Source of the DNA: Eledone cirrhosa
Lineage: Eukaryota
Assembly: GCA_964016885.1 (NCBI GenBank)
Contig: OZ024741.1
Location: forward strand, 83,762,001 to 83,826,000
DNA: 64,000 bases
Direction: 5' to 3'
A program made the translations under genes and the position numbers. The notes under the pieces were generated by a model. The model was given only the letters and a program-made list of their open reading frames with translations. It had not been told where the DNA came from and made no database searches. Positions 17,939 to 32,673 of the stretch are shown here, in pieces; the stretch's first letter is position 1, and each line of letters begins with the position of its first letter.

Positions 17939-17960
17939 ATGTATGCTTTGTGTTTTTGTG
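17340..17960. repeat. Compound (TA)n/(CA)n/(TG)n microsatellite
   Basis: About 600 bp of degenerate dinucleotide repeats. It is representative of dozens of such tracts across the window. Confidence 0.95.
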
Positions 17961-18453
17961 TGTTTGCATGTGTAGTTTTATTTTATTTTTCCTTTCCTTC
18001 TTCCTTCTCCAGCCTCACTTTCATATAGATTGCATTTTTGTTTTTAAAATCCAAATTCAATAAACAGACCAGGATTTTTTCATTCTGAGGATTGAAAGCA
18101 AAATCTTTTGCTTTTAAGAAACCACTGGAATAATTGCCTTATGTTGTTTATTACACATATATATATATATATAGTTAGAGAAGCAAAAAATTGCTTATTG
18201 TGATCCAGTTCTTGGTTAAGAAAGTCAGTTTCATGGATGGTTTCAACGTACGTTTAGGGGTAACTCCACAAGTTTGTAAGAATTCCGTTCAATCTTGGAG
18301 TATACATTTTTAAATTTTGGACTGTGAACAACAATTATAATTGGGTGGCTGCTATTTGCAGTATAGCAATATAAGGTTGCACTTACCAATGAAGCGGTCA
18401 TAAATACCTGGATAAAATCCTTCTCTTAATGCTTACCTGTGTTTTCTCTTTTA

Positions 18454-18504
<51 letters not shown>

Positions 18505-18869
18505 TTGCTTTCAAAAAATACCTGTAGTGCAATAGAAGGAATATTTTTTTTGTTTTATAAATAATACAATTGAGCAAGTTATTTGGTGAACCAATTCCCC
18601 AGAGAATTAATAGAAACCAAAATATATGATAATCCAAATCGCTGGAATCAGTGGTTGTACATTCTAATAAATCTAAATCTTAGTGTTTTCATTCAGGCAT
18701 CCAAACAAACATATATAGACACACACACACACAAGTATATATATATATATGTATGTATGTGTGTGTGTGTATACATATATATATATATATATACTTACAC
18801 ATACACACTACTGACGAAATAATATTTCGTATCAATGCGTTAAAGACGTCTGTCAAATCAATTAGTGAA

Positions 18870-19345
18870 CATTTTGAAAGTAGGTTTATAAGTATGAATT
18901 AGCAGACGATTTTCTTTGTCGTCTCAGTGGACTAGATGTAGGTACTAGAGACGGTGGAGATCCTGGTCTTGGATTCAATCCTAGTCGAGAGCTACATGTA
19001 ATATTTTTCAGTTTTTATTTTACATCACATAGAAAAAAACTGAAAAGGTTTAGCGGGAGCCCTACTCCCGACCAGGACCGAACTTCAGACCAGGATCACC
19101 ACCGTCTATGATTCCTCCAACTAGGCCACCGAGACAGCTACGAAATCAGAATGAAAATTAATATTTATAAACCTACTTTTAAATCAAAGTTAAAAAGTTG
19201 CGGTGTCGTCCATGGATTTCATAGAACTATTAGTCCTATTTAGAATCTACTTGTCAATCATCCGGCTCTTTGGTAACAACCTTATTGTTCTTATGTGTGT
19301 TTAACTGTTGAATTAATTTAATTTGATTATTTTAACAAAGAAATA
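18870..19345. mobile_element. Family E repeat with two opposed tRNA-like (Pol III A/B box) segments
   Basis: tRNA-like at 18920-18993 (+: AGTGGACTAGATG..GATTCAATCC) and 19063-19140 (-: GGTGGCCTAGTTGG..GTTCGGTCC). Homologous to the arms of 19831-21232. Confidence 0.55.
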
Positions 19346-19361
19346 ATATATATATATATAT

Positions 19362-19428
<67 letters not shown>

Positions 19429-19830
19429 GTTGTAAGTCTGAATCTGACAAGCAAAAACATATTTATATATGAATAAAGTAAGCCCAAATCGTAGTAGATT
19501 CACATATCATAGAGAGAAAGAGAGAGAGAGGGGGAGGAGGGGGAGAAATGACGTGCAATAGAAATGACTCATGGATTAGAATATAGTCTAGTTAGATGAG
19601 AAACAAAACGAGGATAGTTTATGAAACACTCAAATGATTTACAAGTCGACGTTAAGTAGGTGCAATAACATTAAGAAAGATAAGAACGACACCAGATCGT
19701 TTTGTTTCGAAAATGTTGAAGGTGTGTCTATAAGTATGAATTTTCAACAGATTTTCGTAATTGTTTCAGTGGAAGAGCGGTATGTACTAGAAACGGTGTA
19801 GCTGCTGATCTTGGGTTCAATCCTCGTGGA

Positions 19831-20130
19831 TTCCTATATATTTTCTATGGAAATACTTAACACACACACACACATATATATATATACAATGGCGGACTGG
19901 GTCTAGAAATATTGGTTACTAGGAGATGAAGGGGGCCCACCTACATATATAATGCTCTCATTAAAATTTTATAATGAATAAATAATATTTTCAAAACATA
20001 CATAAGAGTAAAGGAAACAGTGCAATCAATTTTTTGCGGGAAAATATCTTACATTCTCCAATAAAATATATTATGTATTTTGCGAAATTCAGAGACTTTC
20101 AATAATGATGTTTGGTCTTTCACACTCACT

Positions 20131-20186
<56 letters not shown>

Positions 20187-20830
20187 TGTTTGTTAAAATA
20201 ATCAAATTAATTATTCAACAGTTAAACACACATAGGAATAATAAACTTGTTACCAAAGAGCCAGAATATTGACAAGTCGACTAATAGCTCTAGGAAAGCC
20301 ATGAACAACACTGCATCTTTTAAACTTTGATTTTGAAAGTACGTTTATAATTATTAATTTTCATTATACCTTTGTAGCTCTTTTGATGGCCTAGTGGGAG
20401 GAATCTTGGACGGTGGTGATCCTGGTCTGAAGTTCGATCCTGGTCAGGAGTAGGGTTCCCGGTAAACCTTCTAAGTTTTTTTTCTATGGGGTGAAATATG
20501 TAATCTATTTCAGGTTTTACATTTCACCCCATAGAAAAAAACTTAGAAGGTTTACCGGGAACCCTACTCCTGACCAGGATCGAACTTCAGACCAGGATCA
20601 CCACCGTCCAAGATTCCTCCCACTAGGCCATCGAAAGAGCTACAAAGGTGTAATGAAAATTAATAATTATAAACGTACTTTCAAAATCAAAGTTTAAAAG
20701 ATGCAGTGTTGTTCATGGCTTTCCTAGAGCTATTAGTCGACTTGTCAATATTCTGGCTCTTTGGTAACAAGTTTATTATTCCTATGTGTGTTTAACTGTT
20801 GAATAATTAATTTGATTATTTTAACAAACA

Positions 20831-20878
<48 letters not shown>

Positions 20879-21117
20879 AGTGAGTGTGAAAGACCAAAGA
20901 TCATTATTGAAAGTCTCTGAATTTCGCAAAATACATAATATATTTTATTGGAGAATGTAAGATATTTTCCCGCAAAAAATTGATTGCACTGTTTCCTTTA
21001 CTCTTATGTATGTTTTGAAAATATTATTTATTCATTATAAAATTTTAATGAGAGCATTCTATATGTAGGTGGGCCCCCTTCATCTCCTAGTAACCAATAT
21101 TTCTAGACCCAGTCCGC

Positions 21118-21192
<75 letters not shown>

Positions 21193-21232
21193 TGTGTGTG
21201 TGTTAAGTATTTCCATAGAAAATATATAGGAA
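19831..21232. repeat. ~1.4-kb near-perfect inverted duplication (palindrome) centred at about 20510
   Basis: TTCCTATATATTTTCTATGG at 19831 is mirrored by CCATAGAAAATATATAGGAA ending at 21232. The arms match nearly base for base except in microsatellite length. Confidence 0.9.
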
Positions 21233-21501
21233 TGAAGAGTGATTTATCTATTTAATTACATAATAAACAAGACAATATAATTTTTCCCTTACCAAATGTT
21301 TCAAGAAACTACTAAAGGATTCATACAGAAACGTCCAGCCCGTTCATCAGAAAAAATAATTATATTTTGGATATAAATTTTGAAATTGATATTCAAAACA
21401 TAATTATCTTATGTGAGGAATGGGATGGACGTTTCTGTAAGTAACGTCTAGATTCTTGAAACCTTTGGTAATGGAATAATTATACTGCGTAGTTTATTAT
21501 G

Positions 21502-21730
<229 letters not shown>

Positions 21731-21849
21731 ATATATATATATATATATATTAAGCAAGTTAGACAAGGCCAAGACAAGAAATAAAAAATATTGAGCAAGA
21801 GATTTGCGTAATCAGGGAAATGTGTATTAATATCAGGTACTAAATCTGA

Positions 21850-22265
21850 AGCTGAGCAGTAGGGAGGCATTTTCCTATTAAGAAGGGTGAGCCGATTAGA
21901 GCTTTGACATCGCGCGATAAAATGCTCAAAAATGTGACGCTCGAATGTGGCTCTTTAAACTAGCCAAAGACTTTCACCCTCTGGTACATACATGGTAACT
22001 ATAGGCTCCTCCGGGACTTTCTATTGCTTTGTTTTGGCTGTGTTCTAATGTGATTTTTAAGACCTCCCATGATAGCACATTCCTTGCCCCATCCCTTTCA
22101 ACTTTTCAAATCATAATCTACATGAGGTCTACTGATATGATTTTGTTCGTGTCTAGTCAAACCAGCTTTGGTCAGGCAGACTCGTCCACAGTGCTGGCAA
22201 ACCAGATGATGTTCAACAGCAGGCAGTTCAGAATAGTCTCTTTTCCTTACCTTCAACATACAATC
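21850..22265 (-). mobile_element. RTE/BovB-like LINE 3' fragment (terminal C2H2-like finger)
   Basis: LVCQHCGRVCLTKAGLTRHEQNH matches the CxxCGRxCxSxxGLxxH terminus of RTE ORFs. The left boundary is approximate. Confidence 0.55.
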
Positions 22266-22269
22266 ATCC

Positions 22270-25060
22270 ATAAATACATACATAAACGCCGATATCTGAA
22301 GAAGGTAGATGAGAGAAAAGTGCGTAATAAAAGATTCAGACGAAACCAAACATCAGTCTATAGAGTATGAAGAACAAAATAATAAGTGTCACTGAGGCCC
22401 TATCCCAGAAAGACATAGATTCCTTTTGGACCAAAATATGGGGTGAAAAGAAGAATTTCAACCAAGATGCAGTGTGGCTAAGAGAAATCCGAAATTGCTC
22501 CGACACTACAATAAATCATACGGGTAAACTTGAGACTGTGATAGGAAAACTCCAAGATAAGAAAACACCAGGAAGAGACATGATTGTCGGCTACTGGTAC
22601 AAAAAACTGATGTTCTATCGTTGGTATCTTACTGACCTCTACCAACAAGTTATTAATGAGATACACTTATACCAGAATGGTTGACAGTAGCACAAACATT
22701 ACTGGCCCCAAGAACAAAGACACCCACTTGGAAAAAAACTACCGACCCAGTGCATGCCAGAACCTGATGCATAAGAGGTATACAGCCTGTCTGAACAAAT
22801 TCCTTCAAGATCACTGTGAAAATAATAACATCATCACAGATGAACAAGCAGCTGGAAAGAAAGGGGTTTGGGGATGTGCTGAACAACTCCTAATCAACAA
22901 AACTGCGATGTCGGAGGTGCGACAACTTAGGAGGAATGTGTCTACAGTCTGGCTGGACTACAGGAAAGCTTTCGATTCGGTTCCCTACTCTTGGATGATA
23001 GAGGCCCTCCAGCTTGCTAAAGTCCAAGACATTATTGTCAGAGCCATAGAGAAGCTGTCTTCTTCTTGGGCTACTATCCTAATGTTAAAGACAGAGAGGA
23101 AGGACTCTATTTTCACTGATAAAATAAAATATCGCAGGGATATATTTCAGGGAGACAGTCTCTCTGTGATATTATTCATCTTGTCATTAAACCCCTTGTC
23201 CTTTCTGCTGAAGAATGTGACGGATACATCATTGGCTCACAGGAGGGCAGAAATACGAACCTAACCCATAATTTATTTGTGGATGATCTAAAACTCTATG
23301 CCAAGAACATGGATGGGTTACAACGTTCTCAATGGATATAGGAATGGAGTTTGGCTAAGATAAATGCTCATACATGACTGTAAAGCGGGGAAAAACAACA
23401 ACCCAATCAAGCAACATTGTCACCAATCGCCTAACTGTTTCACCGATATCTGATGAGGACTGCTACAGGTACCTGGGGATAGATGAGAACATATCCTATA
23501 ATACTATCTGTAATAAGGAACGCGTAACCAAGGAATACTACACCCGATTAAGAAAGATTTGGTCATCGGTATTCTCTGCGCAAAACAAAACAGTGGCTCA
23601 CAATGTGTTTGCTGTGCCTGTCCTAACACCAACGTTTGGAATACTCAATTGGACGATAGACGAAATCCGAGCAGTTGATGTTGGAACTCGAAAAATGCTA
23701 AACAACATCAGAAACTTCCACATCAACAGTGATATAGACCGCCTTTACTTGAAACGTAAGCAGGGAGGGAGAGGCCTAACATCAGTCCAGGCAGTATTTG
23801 AATGTCGCATCATATCCCTCCGACAACATCTACGAACCTCGAAGCGCAGGAGCCCATTTCTCGAGCCAGTCTAACTGCACGAAACAGATAATATCATGAG
23901 AGTTGGGAAGGAACTCCTCGAGAGATATTCCCTGTGTGATAATCAAAAACTCACACCCAGGGAAGTCGCTCAGCAGTATTGCACTCAATCAATGGATGAA
24001 AAACTGTATGCTTATCAGCCAAAAATCATGTATGGATATGTTGCCAGGAAGCTCCAGAGTGCGAGTAATATAGATAAGGAAAGTAGTCTATCTTCGACCA
24101 ACAACCACTATATTGGCTCCCACTTTGAAGGATACGCTTTTGCAATCCAAGAACAGGAAATTAACACGAAATATCTGATTCACAAAAGAGATAGGGATGC
24201 AGGCAAAACACCTAGATGTGATAACAAGTGCAGACTCTGCAGAATTAACATCGAGGGTATCACCCTTGTCATCAGCAGCTGTCCAAAGATGTCATCGCGG
24301 TACTATATACCTATGAGGCATGATGTAGTGGCCAAAATACTGTACAATGCAGTCTGTAAAAAAGATAGCCCCTATAATAAACACATTAAAAGCTACAGCA
24401 ATGTGGAAGACATCCCCGTACATAATATGAAAAAGTTCTGGTGGAATGTTCCAATAAAAACCCCAATAAAATGTAGGCATAACAAACCAGATATTATGAT
24501 ATGGGACAGGGAGAAGAAAGCAGCACAGTAGTGGAAATTAGCTGCCCAGTAGATGCCAATATAATATCAAAGATTAGCGAAAAGGAGAATATTTATGCAG
24601 AACTGATGAGAAATCTGCAGATACTTCACCCTGATTACACCTTCAGATTTATGCCTGTGATTATTGAGGCACTTGGGTATGTTAGTAACTGCCTCAATAC
24701 AAATCTTGAGAAGCTAGGCTTCACGGGGACAGAAAGAACACAACTAGTTAGGTAATTATATGTACAATCCATTAATTGAACAGTAAAATTATGTAAAACA
24801 TTCCAAAAATGTTGCATCTAATAACTGCATATATACATATGTACAGATACAAAGCATATACACATGCACACATACAACTCAAAACATCCACATCCACGCA
24901 TACAATAACATCCATATCTACACATGCATGCATGCATACATAATCTACCTAGTTGATGTTGTGTAAATTCCAATGAGAGAGTCTTGTGTCTATGTTAGAA
25001 ACCGACTCTCTCTCTATTGGGAAAAAATTTGTGAAATTATAAAACCAGTAGAACATACAT
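22270..25060 (+). mobile_element. 5'-truncated R4/Dong-like non-LTR retrotransposon (RT, CCHC finger, restriction-like endonuclease), frameshifted
   Basis: Motifs KKGVWGCAEQLLINK, WLDYRKAFDSVP, IFQGDSLS, LFVDDLKLY, YRYLGIDE, CRLC..ISSC, RHD, HNKPDIMIWD..VVEISCP across ORFs 22367-24755. The 3' UTR ends in GAACATACATACAT. Confidence 0.9.
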
Positions 25061-25667
25061 ACATGACTGGCGTTTTATAAATTGACGAAATGTTCGAGGA
25101 AATCAACATTTTTGTAGTCTGGTAAGTTTACAAAGAATTGTGTTTACAGGAACATAATTACGATGTTAGAAACATATTTATTTACATGAATGTTTTGCAT
25201 GTAACCCCAATCACGCTTTGTCAGAGCAGCACTACTTCGTGTATATACATTTTTATATTATTTATTTATTTCTGTTAATACACAGACGAAGAACCGCTAC
25301 CTTATATTTCTAAGTTAAATTATTGTCACTTCTCCACATTGTACTCATAAATGTAGAATGGATGAAGGAGCGATCAGTGGTGACCGAATCTTCAGGAGTT
25401 TAGACAAATCATATATATACATGTACGATCAGGAATGGTTTTCTGAAGAGGAACGGTACGAAACCTTCAGTTAAGTAATATATTCAATATATTAAGTAGA
25501 GATGGGGCCATATTTATTTCATATATATAATTGAGTGAATGTATTCAAGGCAAATCACCTGCAATATATTAGATTTGGAAATCTGTTGACAAGTAACTTA
25601 ATTGTATTGATATTCGATTAATTCTAATATATGTATATATATGTCTGTGTGTATATATATATATATA

Positions 25668-26200
<533 letters not shown>

Positions 26201-26963
26201 ATTTACAAAGTAAAGTTCACCGTTATATATATTAAATTAGATCATACGAAACATAAACACTAACCCCAAAGGAATCTAGATGAGAAGAATACATATATCC
26301 ACAATAATTAGAATTGTCTTAACCTATAATTAGAAACACGGTAGCCCGTACTAATACGAGTTTTTAACAGGACTTGTGGACCAATACCATATAACAAAAT
26401 GTTGGTTTCAGTTAGAGACTAATTTACACGGAGGAGACTCTACTTCCTTGAATGAACCTAGAGGTAGAATGAGGAATATCAGCACGGTTTAACCGACCCT
26501 CTGAATTAAAGCTCTCTAGGCACATGATACGAATTATTTTTCAATCTTTGCAATACATAGAGAAATTACGTAGAGATCAATTGATTACTTAGTGATAGTG
26601 ATCTAAGATTTCGTGTTACACTTTAGTTTATTGGAATAAGTAATAAAGCAGATAATCTATATGCCTATGGGGATTCACACATTCACAAGAGTTCTGCAAT
26701 TATTTTCTTTCAAAAGTTTGTTAATTTAATTCGTAATACCAAAATGTCTATTTTAGATTTCTCGCAGTCAGATAGCATATTTCCTCATACATTTTGTTCC
26801 TATTACGCAGTATGATAGGAAGGTCTAATGATATGCAGTTGTAAACCACACATGATGATTGATAGGATGAATGAAATGGTTGTCAGATGAATAGAAGTAT
26901 ATTCTAGATTTTCTAAGCAACACACATAGTCTATGTGTTCCTAAAGAGAATATATATATACAT

Positions 26964-27047
<84 letters not shown>

Positions 27048-28379
27048 GTATTGTATATATGTATATACATATATATGTATATATATATTAGTATATGTAT
27101 ATGTATGTATGTGTGTGTGTGCGTGTGTGTGAGTGTGTGTCTGTGTCTGTGTGCGTCTGTATTTATTTGTATGTGTTTACCTGTCAGGCTACCCTTCTTT
27201 CTCGCTGCCTCTCTATCTGAAGTTATACACATATATATAAATATACATATAAACGCATAGACACAAACACACACATACATACAAAAATACACGCATAAAT
27301 ATATATCTATATCGTATAATTGCTTTTAAAATGGCGCCTCTATGACATTGCTTTGTGAGTAAATAGGTTAATGTCTGCCTAAACATTAGAATTTTATTAA
27401 TGAGATTAGTAATTTGACTAAGGCAAATCTCTTACACACACACATATATACACACACACGCACATACATAATCACTTATACAAAAACACACAGTAATTAA
27501 TATAGCCCAATTGAAATAACAATGATTTATGTATAGAGAATTATACACAAAACGGCTGTCATATGTGTATATATACATATGTTTGTATGAGTATGTATAT
27601 ATAAATGCACAAATATATATGTTTTTGTTGGTGTGCATTTATGTGTGTCTTATTTCAATATATATTTGTAGTGGGGTCCCTCGTTCTCAGCAAGCGCACG
27701 TGTGTGTGTGTGTGCATGTGTTTGTGTTTGTGTTTGTGCGAGTCATTGAATGCGTGTAAGTGTTATTATATTTCAGCGCACCTGGAGCGATGAAATATTT
27801 TTCTATGCATGATTTTATTCGCAAAGATAAGAAACGTAACACAAATACGGCTCTGAATTCACTATGGATCCTTTCGGTCATCACCCACTGTAGTTCCATT
27901 ACAATAGCATTTGCCTCCCAGAACATGCCACTCTTACCCTTGTCATTAAACATGTATTTGATTCCACTGGCTTCCCTCTCACTGGCAGAGTCGTTAAACG
28001 TCGGATAGAATGCTTTGCCGTATTCGTTTCGGCATTCTGCTCTCTGATTTCAAATCCCGCCTAAGTCATTTTTGTGAGGTCACAAACTTAAAGTTTTGCC
28101 CCAAACAAAAACAAAGACTACCAACACAGCTATATGCCAACAGCAGCAACATGAACAATATCAACGGTAGAAGCAACACCTAAATCATCAACAGCACAAA
28201 CCATAACAGCTCCATCAAAAACACCAAGTGACTGTAGAAGCGTTGAGTTGCATAATTCCAATCACGTCCACACATGACACCCTCCACTGATGCGATACAT
28301 TATCGGGAGAGTAGGGAGTTAATCTGGCTTCGCTGGGTCTCTGACCAATCGAAAAGTTTATGTGTATTACTAGTCTGAA

Positions 28380-28690
28380 GTTGTGCTTAAAGCAGAGGGT
28401 TTCGGTGTTTCGGTGTTTTTGTCAGAGGGACATCTGTCCATTAGTGATAGTAAATGATCAGTTATCGGACCCTTTCAGATCAACGAAGGTGAGGATGGAA
28501 AATGAATTGCCACCCCTGTGCATCCGTTAAATGTGTGTTAATATGACGAGTATGACCCAGCTAAATTGGCCTATTCTAACTACGTGACCACGCTAGAGAG
28601 TTTAGGGAGAGGTAGGGCACCTTCCTATGGTGCTCTTTGAGATTCGGGTGATACCGATACCTTGTAGTATTCAACAGTCTAACAAAACTT
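28380..28690 (+). mobile_element. Highly decayed CR1/Jockey-like RT relic
   Basis: Across frameshifts: FLSE..SI.VIVNDQLSDPFQINEG and GDT..LVVFNS, resembling SFLSxRxIxVxVDGxxSxxFxINxG and WGxxNLVxFN. Confidence 0.4.
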
Positions 28691-29280
28691 TAACAAACAT
28701 GCATTTAAACCTATTAAGAAAACCAGATTATTAATGAGATTTCTTATTCGAAAATAAAATTCCCTACAGGTAAAACTGCATTCTGACCACACTAACACAG
28801 TACAATACTTACATAAATTTTATTATTTTCTTACCTATATATTTTTTAATCTAAATGTTACTTGGTTCCATCTATTTTCTTTGGTTCCATCTATTTTTTT
28901 TGGTTCCTCTACTTGTTCTATTTTTAGAACAAATTATTCCTCTTGAACAAAGATATAACAGATATTTAGGATTGTTCTATACTATTCTACTAGATATAAC
29001 ACACTGATATCTTCACCCCTTTAGCTCCAACTTTAATCTTCCTTGACCGTCCACACTTTTCTATACAATATGACTAAATTCCTTTACATTCGCAACTTTC
29101 TTTTCTTTTCTTAAAGGTCATTCGATACCTCACCCCCTGACAGCTAATTTATTCATCTGATACTACCAGCTTAATGATCTATATTGTTCCTTCCTATTTT
29201 TACTATTTGCCAATCTCAACCTTGCTCTTAAAACGTTACTTATTCATACATGTTTTTATATTCTTCAATAAACAAAACTC

Positions 29281-29420
29281 ATTATTCCTGAAGACGTATA
29301 GAGACGAAGGGAGTACGTAAGTATATTTTCTTACTTTGATAATTTGTAATATATTTTACATAAATCACTAATAGAATGAACATACGGAGAACTACCCCCC
29401 AGAAACGATCGTAAAATAAT
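29281..29420 (+). ncRNA. Type I HHR with ~105-nt stem II insertion
   Basis: AUUAUUC-CUGAAGA-(about 107 nt)-GAAA-CGAUCG-UA-AAAUAAU: palindromic stem III ACGAUCGU, GUA triplet, stem I AUUAUU/AAUAAU. Confidence 0.6.
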
Positions 29421-29679
29421 GAGTTTTACTATGAGTTACCCGTATTTTGTTTAATTTCACTGTTTTCACTATTTGTATTTTATATATATATATATATATA
29501 ATTGAGATGAGCCATTGGAAGTCCTTTGGATTTCCAATCTTTTGTGAAGCGAAACCATCGGTAAAAGCAATTTGGACAGGTGAATATTTAAATCGTATTT
29601 TAATTTGGTAAATTTCTTTAAGTCGTTTGGAAGCCTCGACAATGCAGATGGGTAAAACTCCGGGTAACAAGATCCGGTG

Positions 29680-32450
29680 GTGGAGAGAGAGAGATGTAAG
29701 CGGGTATATGTTGAGATGCGTGGCGTGTATAAGACGTGTAGAGGAATGAAGGAAAGAGCGTAAAGGATAAAAATAAAAATAACACGAGAGAGAGTTACCT
29801 TGGGAGAGATTTAATTGTCCCTATATATTTCGGATTCACATCCATCAACTGGGTTTTTTTTTTGGGGGGGGGGTCTGTCTAAAGGTGCGAAACGTGTCCT
29901 CCGTTGTTCGTTGTTTTGAATATCTGAGGTATTCAGCAGAGCGCGCGTGCGCGTGAAATGGGATCGGTCAGGCAGAGATCAGCGGCCGAAGTAGTTCTTT
30001 CAATTGTAGGAGTGGGGTGGCGCTAGCTGTCAGTCCATTCTCTGCCTGTTTGGTGAATGTTACTGTGTGTGTGCGTGTGTTGTTGTCTCGCTTGAGTGTG
30101 CATGTATGTGCGTGTGTTGTTGCCTTGTTCCTCTGTATTGGCAGTGTAGTAAGTTCGTATAGTGGAATGCTACTGGGTGTGTGTGTGCGTGTGCTGCTGT
30201 CTTGCTTGTGTGTGTGTGTGCGTGTGTTGCTGCATCATTTGTTAACTTAAACCAACCACCTCATTTCGCTTCTCTTGGATCGGTTGTTTAATTTTGGCTC
30301 TAGGCGTTTGATCCAAAGAGCTTCCTTGATACGTAACGTGCCGACGTTTCTTTCTGTCGCTAGAATTCTGACAATGGGCCTTCCGTCTTTGTTTCCGCAT
30401 TTGGCTATGTGTTTCCGGAAAGACGAGGTCCTGGTTCTAGTGTTTTCCTTGATCCGGATGTGCAACGGCCAGATTGTGCTACGTATATAGTATTGGTTGC
30501 ACTTGTTACATTCTATCTTATACACAACGTATGTGCGTAGGCAACAATTCGCATGGCGCATCGGGAGCACGCGTCAGTTGATTTCCCGGGTTTCCTGGAG
30601 AGGCATCCTTGCAGGAAGGGGCCCGAGTGGGCCAGGTGGATGTCGAGGCCCTCCCTCCGTATAGCCTTGCGGATAGCGTTGGTGGTATTCTCGCCCAGGT
30701 GTGGCACTTTAAGGAAGCACTTGCCTTGGGTGCCTCTCTGTCTCTTGTGTCTGGTGTCTCCTACTCTGTCTGTGAGCGAGGTAGGTTACCCGTTCGTCTC
30801 AAGAACCTCGAGGAATCGCTTGGTATGAGTGACACCACTCACGGGATCGCTGCATCTGTTTTCGATTTGCGCGATCTCGTTCGTGATGTATCCTCTTTTG
30901 GCACTGTTAGGGAGGACGGACTTGTAGTGCACGAACAGGTCCCTGCAGGCTGCCTTTCGGTAGAAGTTGCAGGTGATCCATCCCTGTTCCGTGATGTTGA
31001 TTCGGAAATCGGGAGGGCAAGTGACCCGTCTTCGTTGAGGTGTCCAATACTGAAGTCAATGTTCTCGTCCGTGTTGTTGAACGTCTCATAGATTCTGTTC
31101 GCCATGTCTTGGGCAGATGTGAGGATGAGGATATCGTCCACGTACCTTGAGATAAAGGCGACGGCGTTGGGGTGGCAGGCGTTGAGTGCCTTGCGCTCGT
31201 TCTGTCCATCTAAGAGATCGCTAGCACACCCGACAGGCTTGATCCAATGGGCAGTCCCGGGGTTTGTTGGTATGTTTGGTCAAGGAATCCGAAGTAGGTG
31301 TTGTCGACGACGATGGATAGGAGTTGGTGGATGTCAGTGGTGGTGAGCACGAAGCAGTGTAGGTCGGTAGATTGGACGCGTTCCATCAGTATATTGACGG
31401 CCGGGAGTGCTGGGACCGAGGTGTAGAGTGCTACTACATCAAGGCTGAAGGCATATCTGTTATTCTTTCTGGTGTCGGGATCCATTTGATGCAGGCGCTT
31501 CAACACCTCCTCGGAGCTGTTAACGTGTCCCGGAAAGGTGTCTAAGATGGATAGAGTATTCTGGCTAGGAACCATGAAATTTTGTAGAGTGGTCCTTCCA
31601 CGCTCGATACAATGTGCCTGATATTCAGGTCGGGTCCCTGTTTGTGTGTTTTCACGAGGTGGTAGAAGGCGGGTAGTCTGCTGTTCCTCATGAGGAGGGT
31701 GTATCTCAGCGTCTTCGGGAGCTTCCGCCCGTCGCAGATGTTGGTCCAGGCGGCGTTGATGTGCTCTTCTATCTGCGCGGGGGTGATTCCCGTGACCTTG
31801 GAGTAGAGGTTGTCATCGTCAAGGTGTTAGAGGGCCAGGGTGTTGTAGGCCTCTCTGCTGATGACGCAGAATTATTTTCCCTTGTCGGAGAGGAGGTAGA
31901 TGAAGGTATTCGATTTTAGGATGGAGAGAGTGGTGACTTGAGATTTGGTGAGGTTGTGTGTTGTGCGATGTGTTTGTGAAGTATATCCGAGATGGAGTGT
32001 TTTAGCCTGATGAGTTTAGTGTCGAGTTCGTGGTTGGTGGGTGGGTGGTGGAGTGGGTTGTCGGGGTGGTAAGTGGGGAACTTGGGGTGGGTTGCGTGGG
32101 CTCTGTTATTTTCTGTGGCGCTGTTGATGGCGGTCACCCATTTAAGTTGCTAAGCGGCTCTACAAAAGTTGGCCTCGATGTTGAGTTTGAGTCTGTCGTC
32201 GAGTCATTTTGAGACGATCAACTTGGCTTTGAGGTGTAGGAGTTTCAGCTCGTCGCTCGTGAGAGTGCCGGTTAGGTCGGTGACCAGGTGCGTCGCATAG
32301 TTGAGGTGTGGCTCGGTGTTGGTGGATGAGGCGGTAGCGGTTGTTAAGTTGTTGTTTACCACGTGGTTCTGGTCCGTCTGTTCGTTAGTGTCGATGTTCT
32401 TGTTGTTGAGTTTAGACAAAATCCACTCATATTTTTTCGGCATTATACAT
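29680..32450 (-). mobile_element. Penelope-like retroelement (RT plus C-terminal GIY-YIG), frameshifted
   Basis: RT motifs FSLDVVALYTSVP, YQQTPGLPIGSSLSGVLA, RYVDDILIL. GIY-YIG motif VVYKIECNKCNQYYI.ST..LHIRIKE...EALWIKRLEPKLN. A degenerate HHR lies at 29817-29853 (GGAT-gtga-ATCC-GAAA-TATA-TA-GGG). Confidence 0.9.
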
Positions 32451-32634
32451 TCCGTCGTTGTAAAAGCATATAAGGTGAAACCGGTACAAGTAAATGCGGA
32501 AATCCCTATTTTGTAAATAAATGTTTTGATGTTATCCTGAGAGAAAACCGCTTTACCATTCTCTACTGTTTTTCTTTTCCCTTTTTTACTATTTTTTATA
32601 TATATATCAACTCGTGTGTCACTTCTCTACATTC

Positions 32635-32672
<38 letters not shown>

Positions 32673-32673
<1 letters not shown>

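Noticed and set aside
17278-18063. 261-aa ORF and the many other [12 protein letters not shown] ORFs
   Set aside because: They are translations of stop-free (TA)n/(CA)n microsatellites, not genes.
20375-20455. Functional tRNA gene
   Set aside because: A and B boxes are present, but no convincing cloverleaf or anticodon arm could be drawn, and it sits in a repeat family.
22098-22349. Host C2H2 zinc-finger gene
   Set aside because: A single finger matching the RTE ORF terminus, overlapping a retrotransposon junction.
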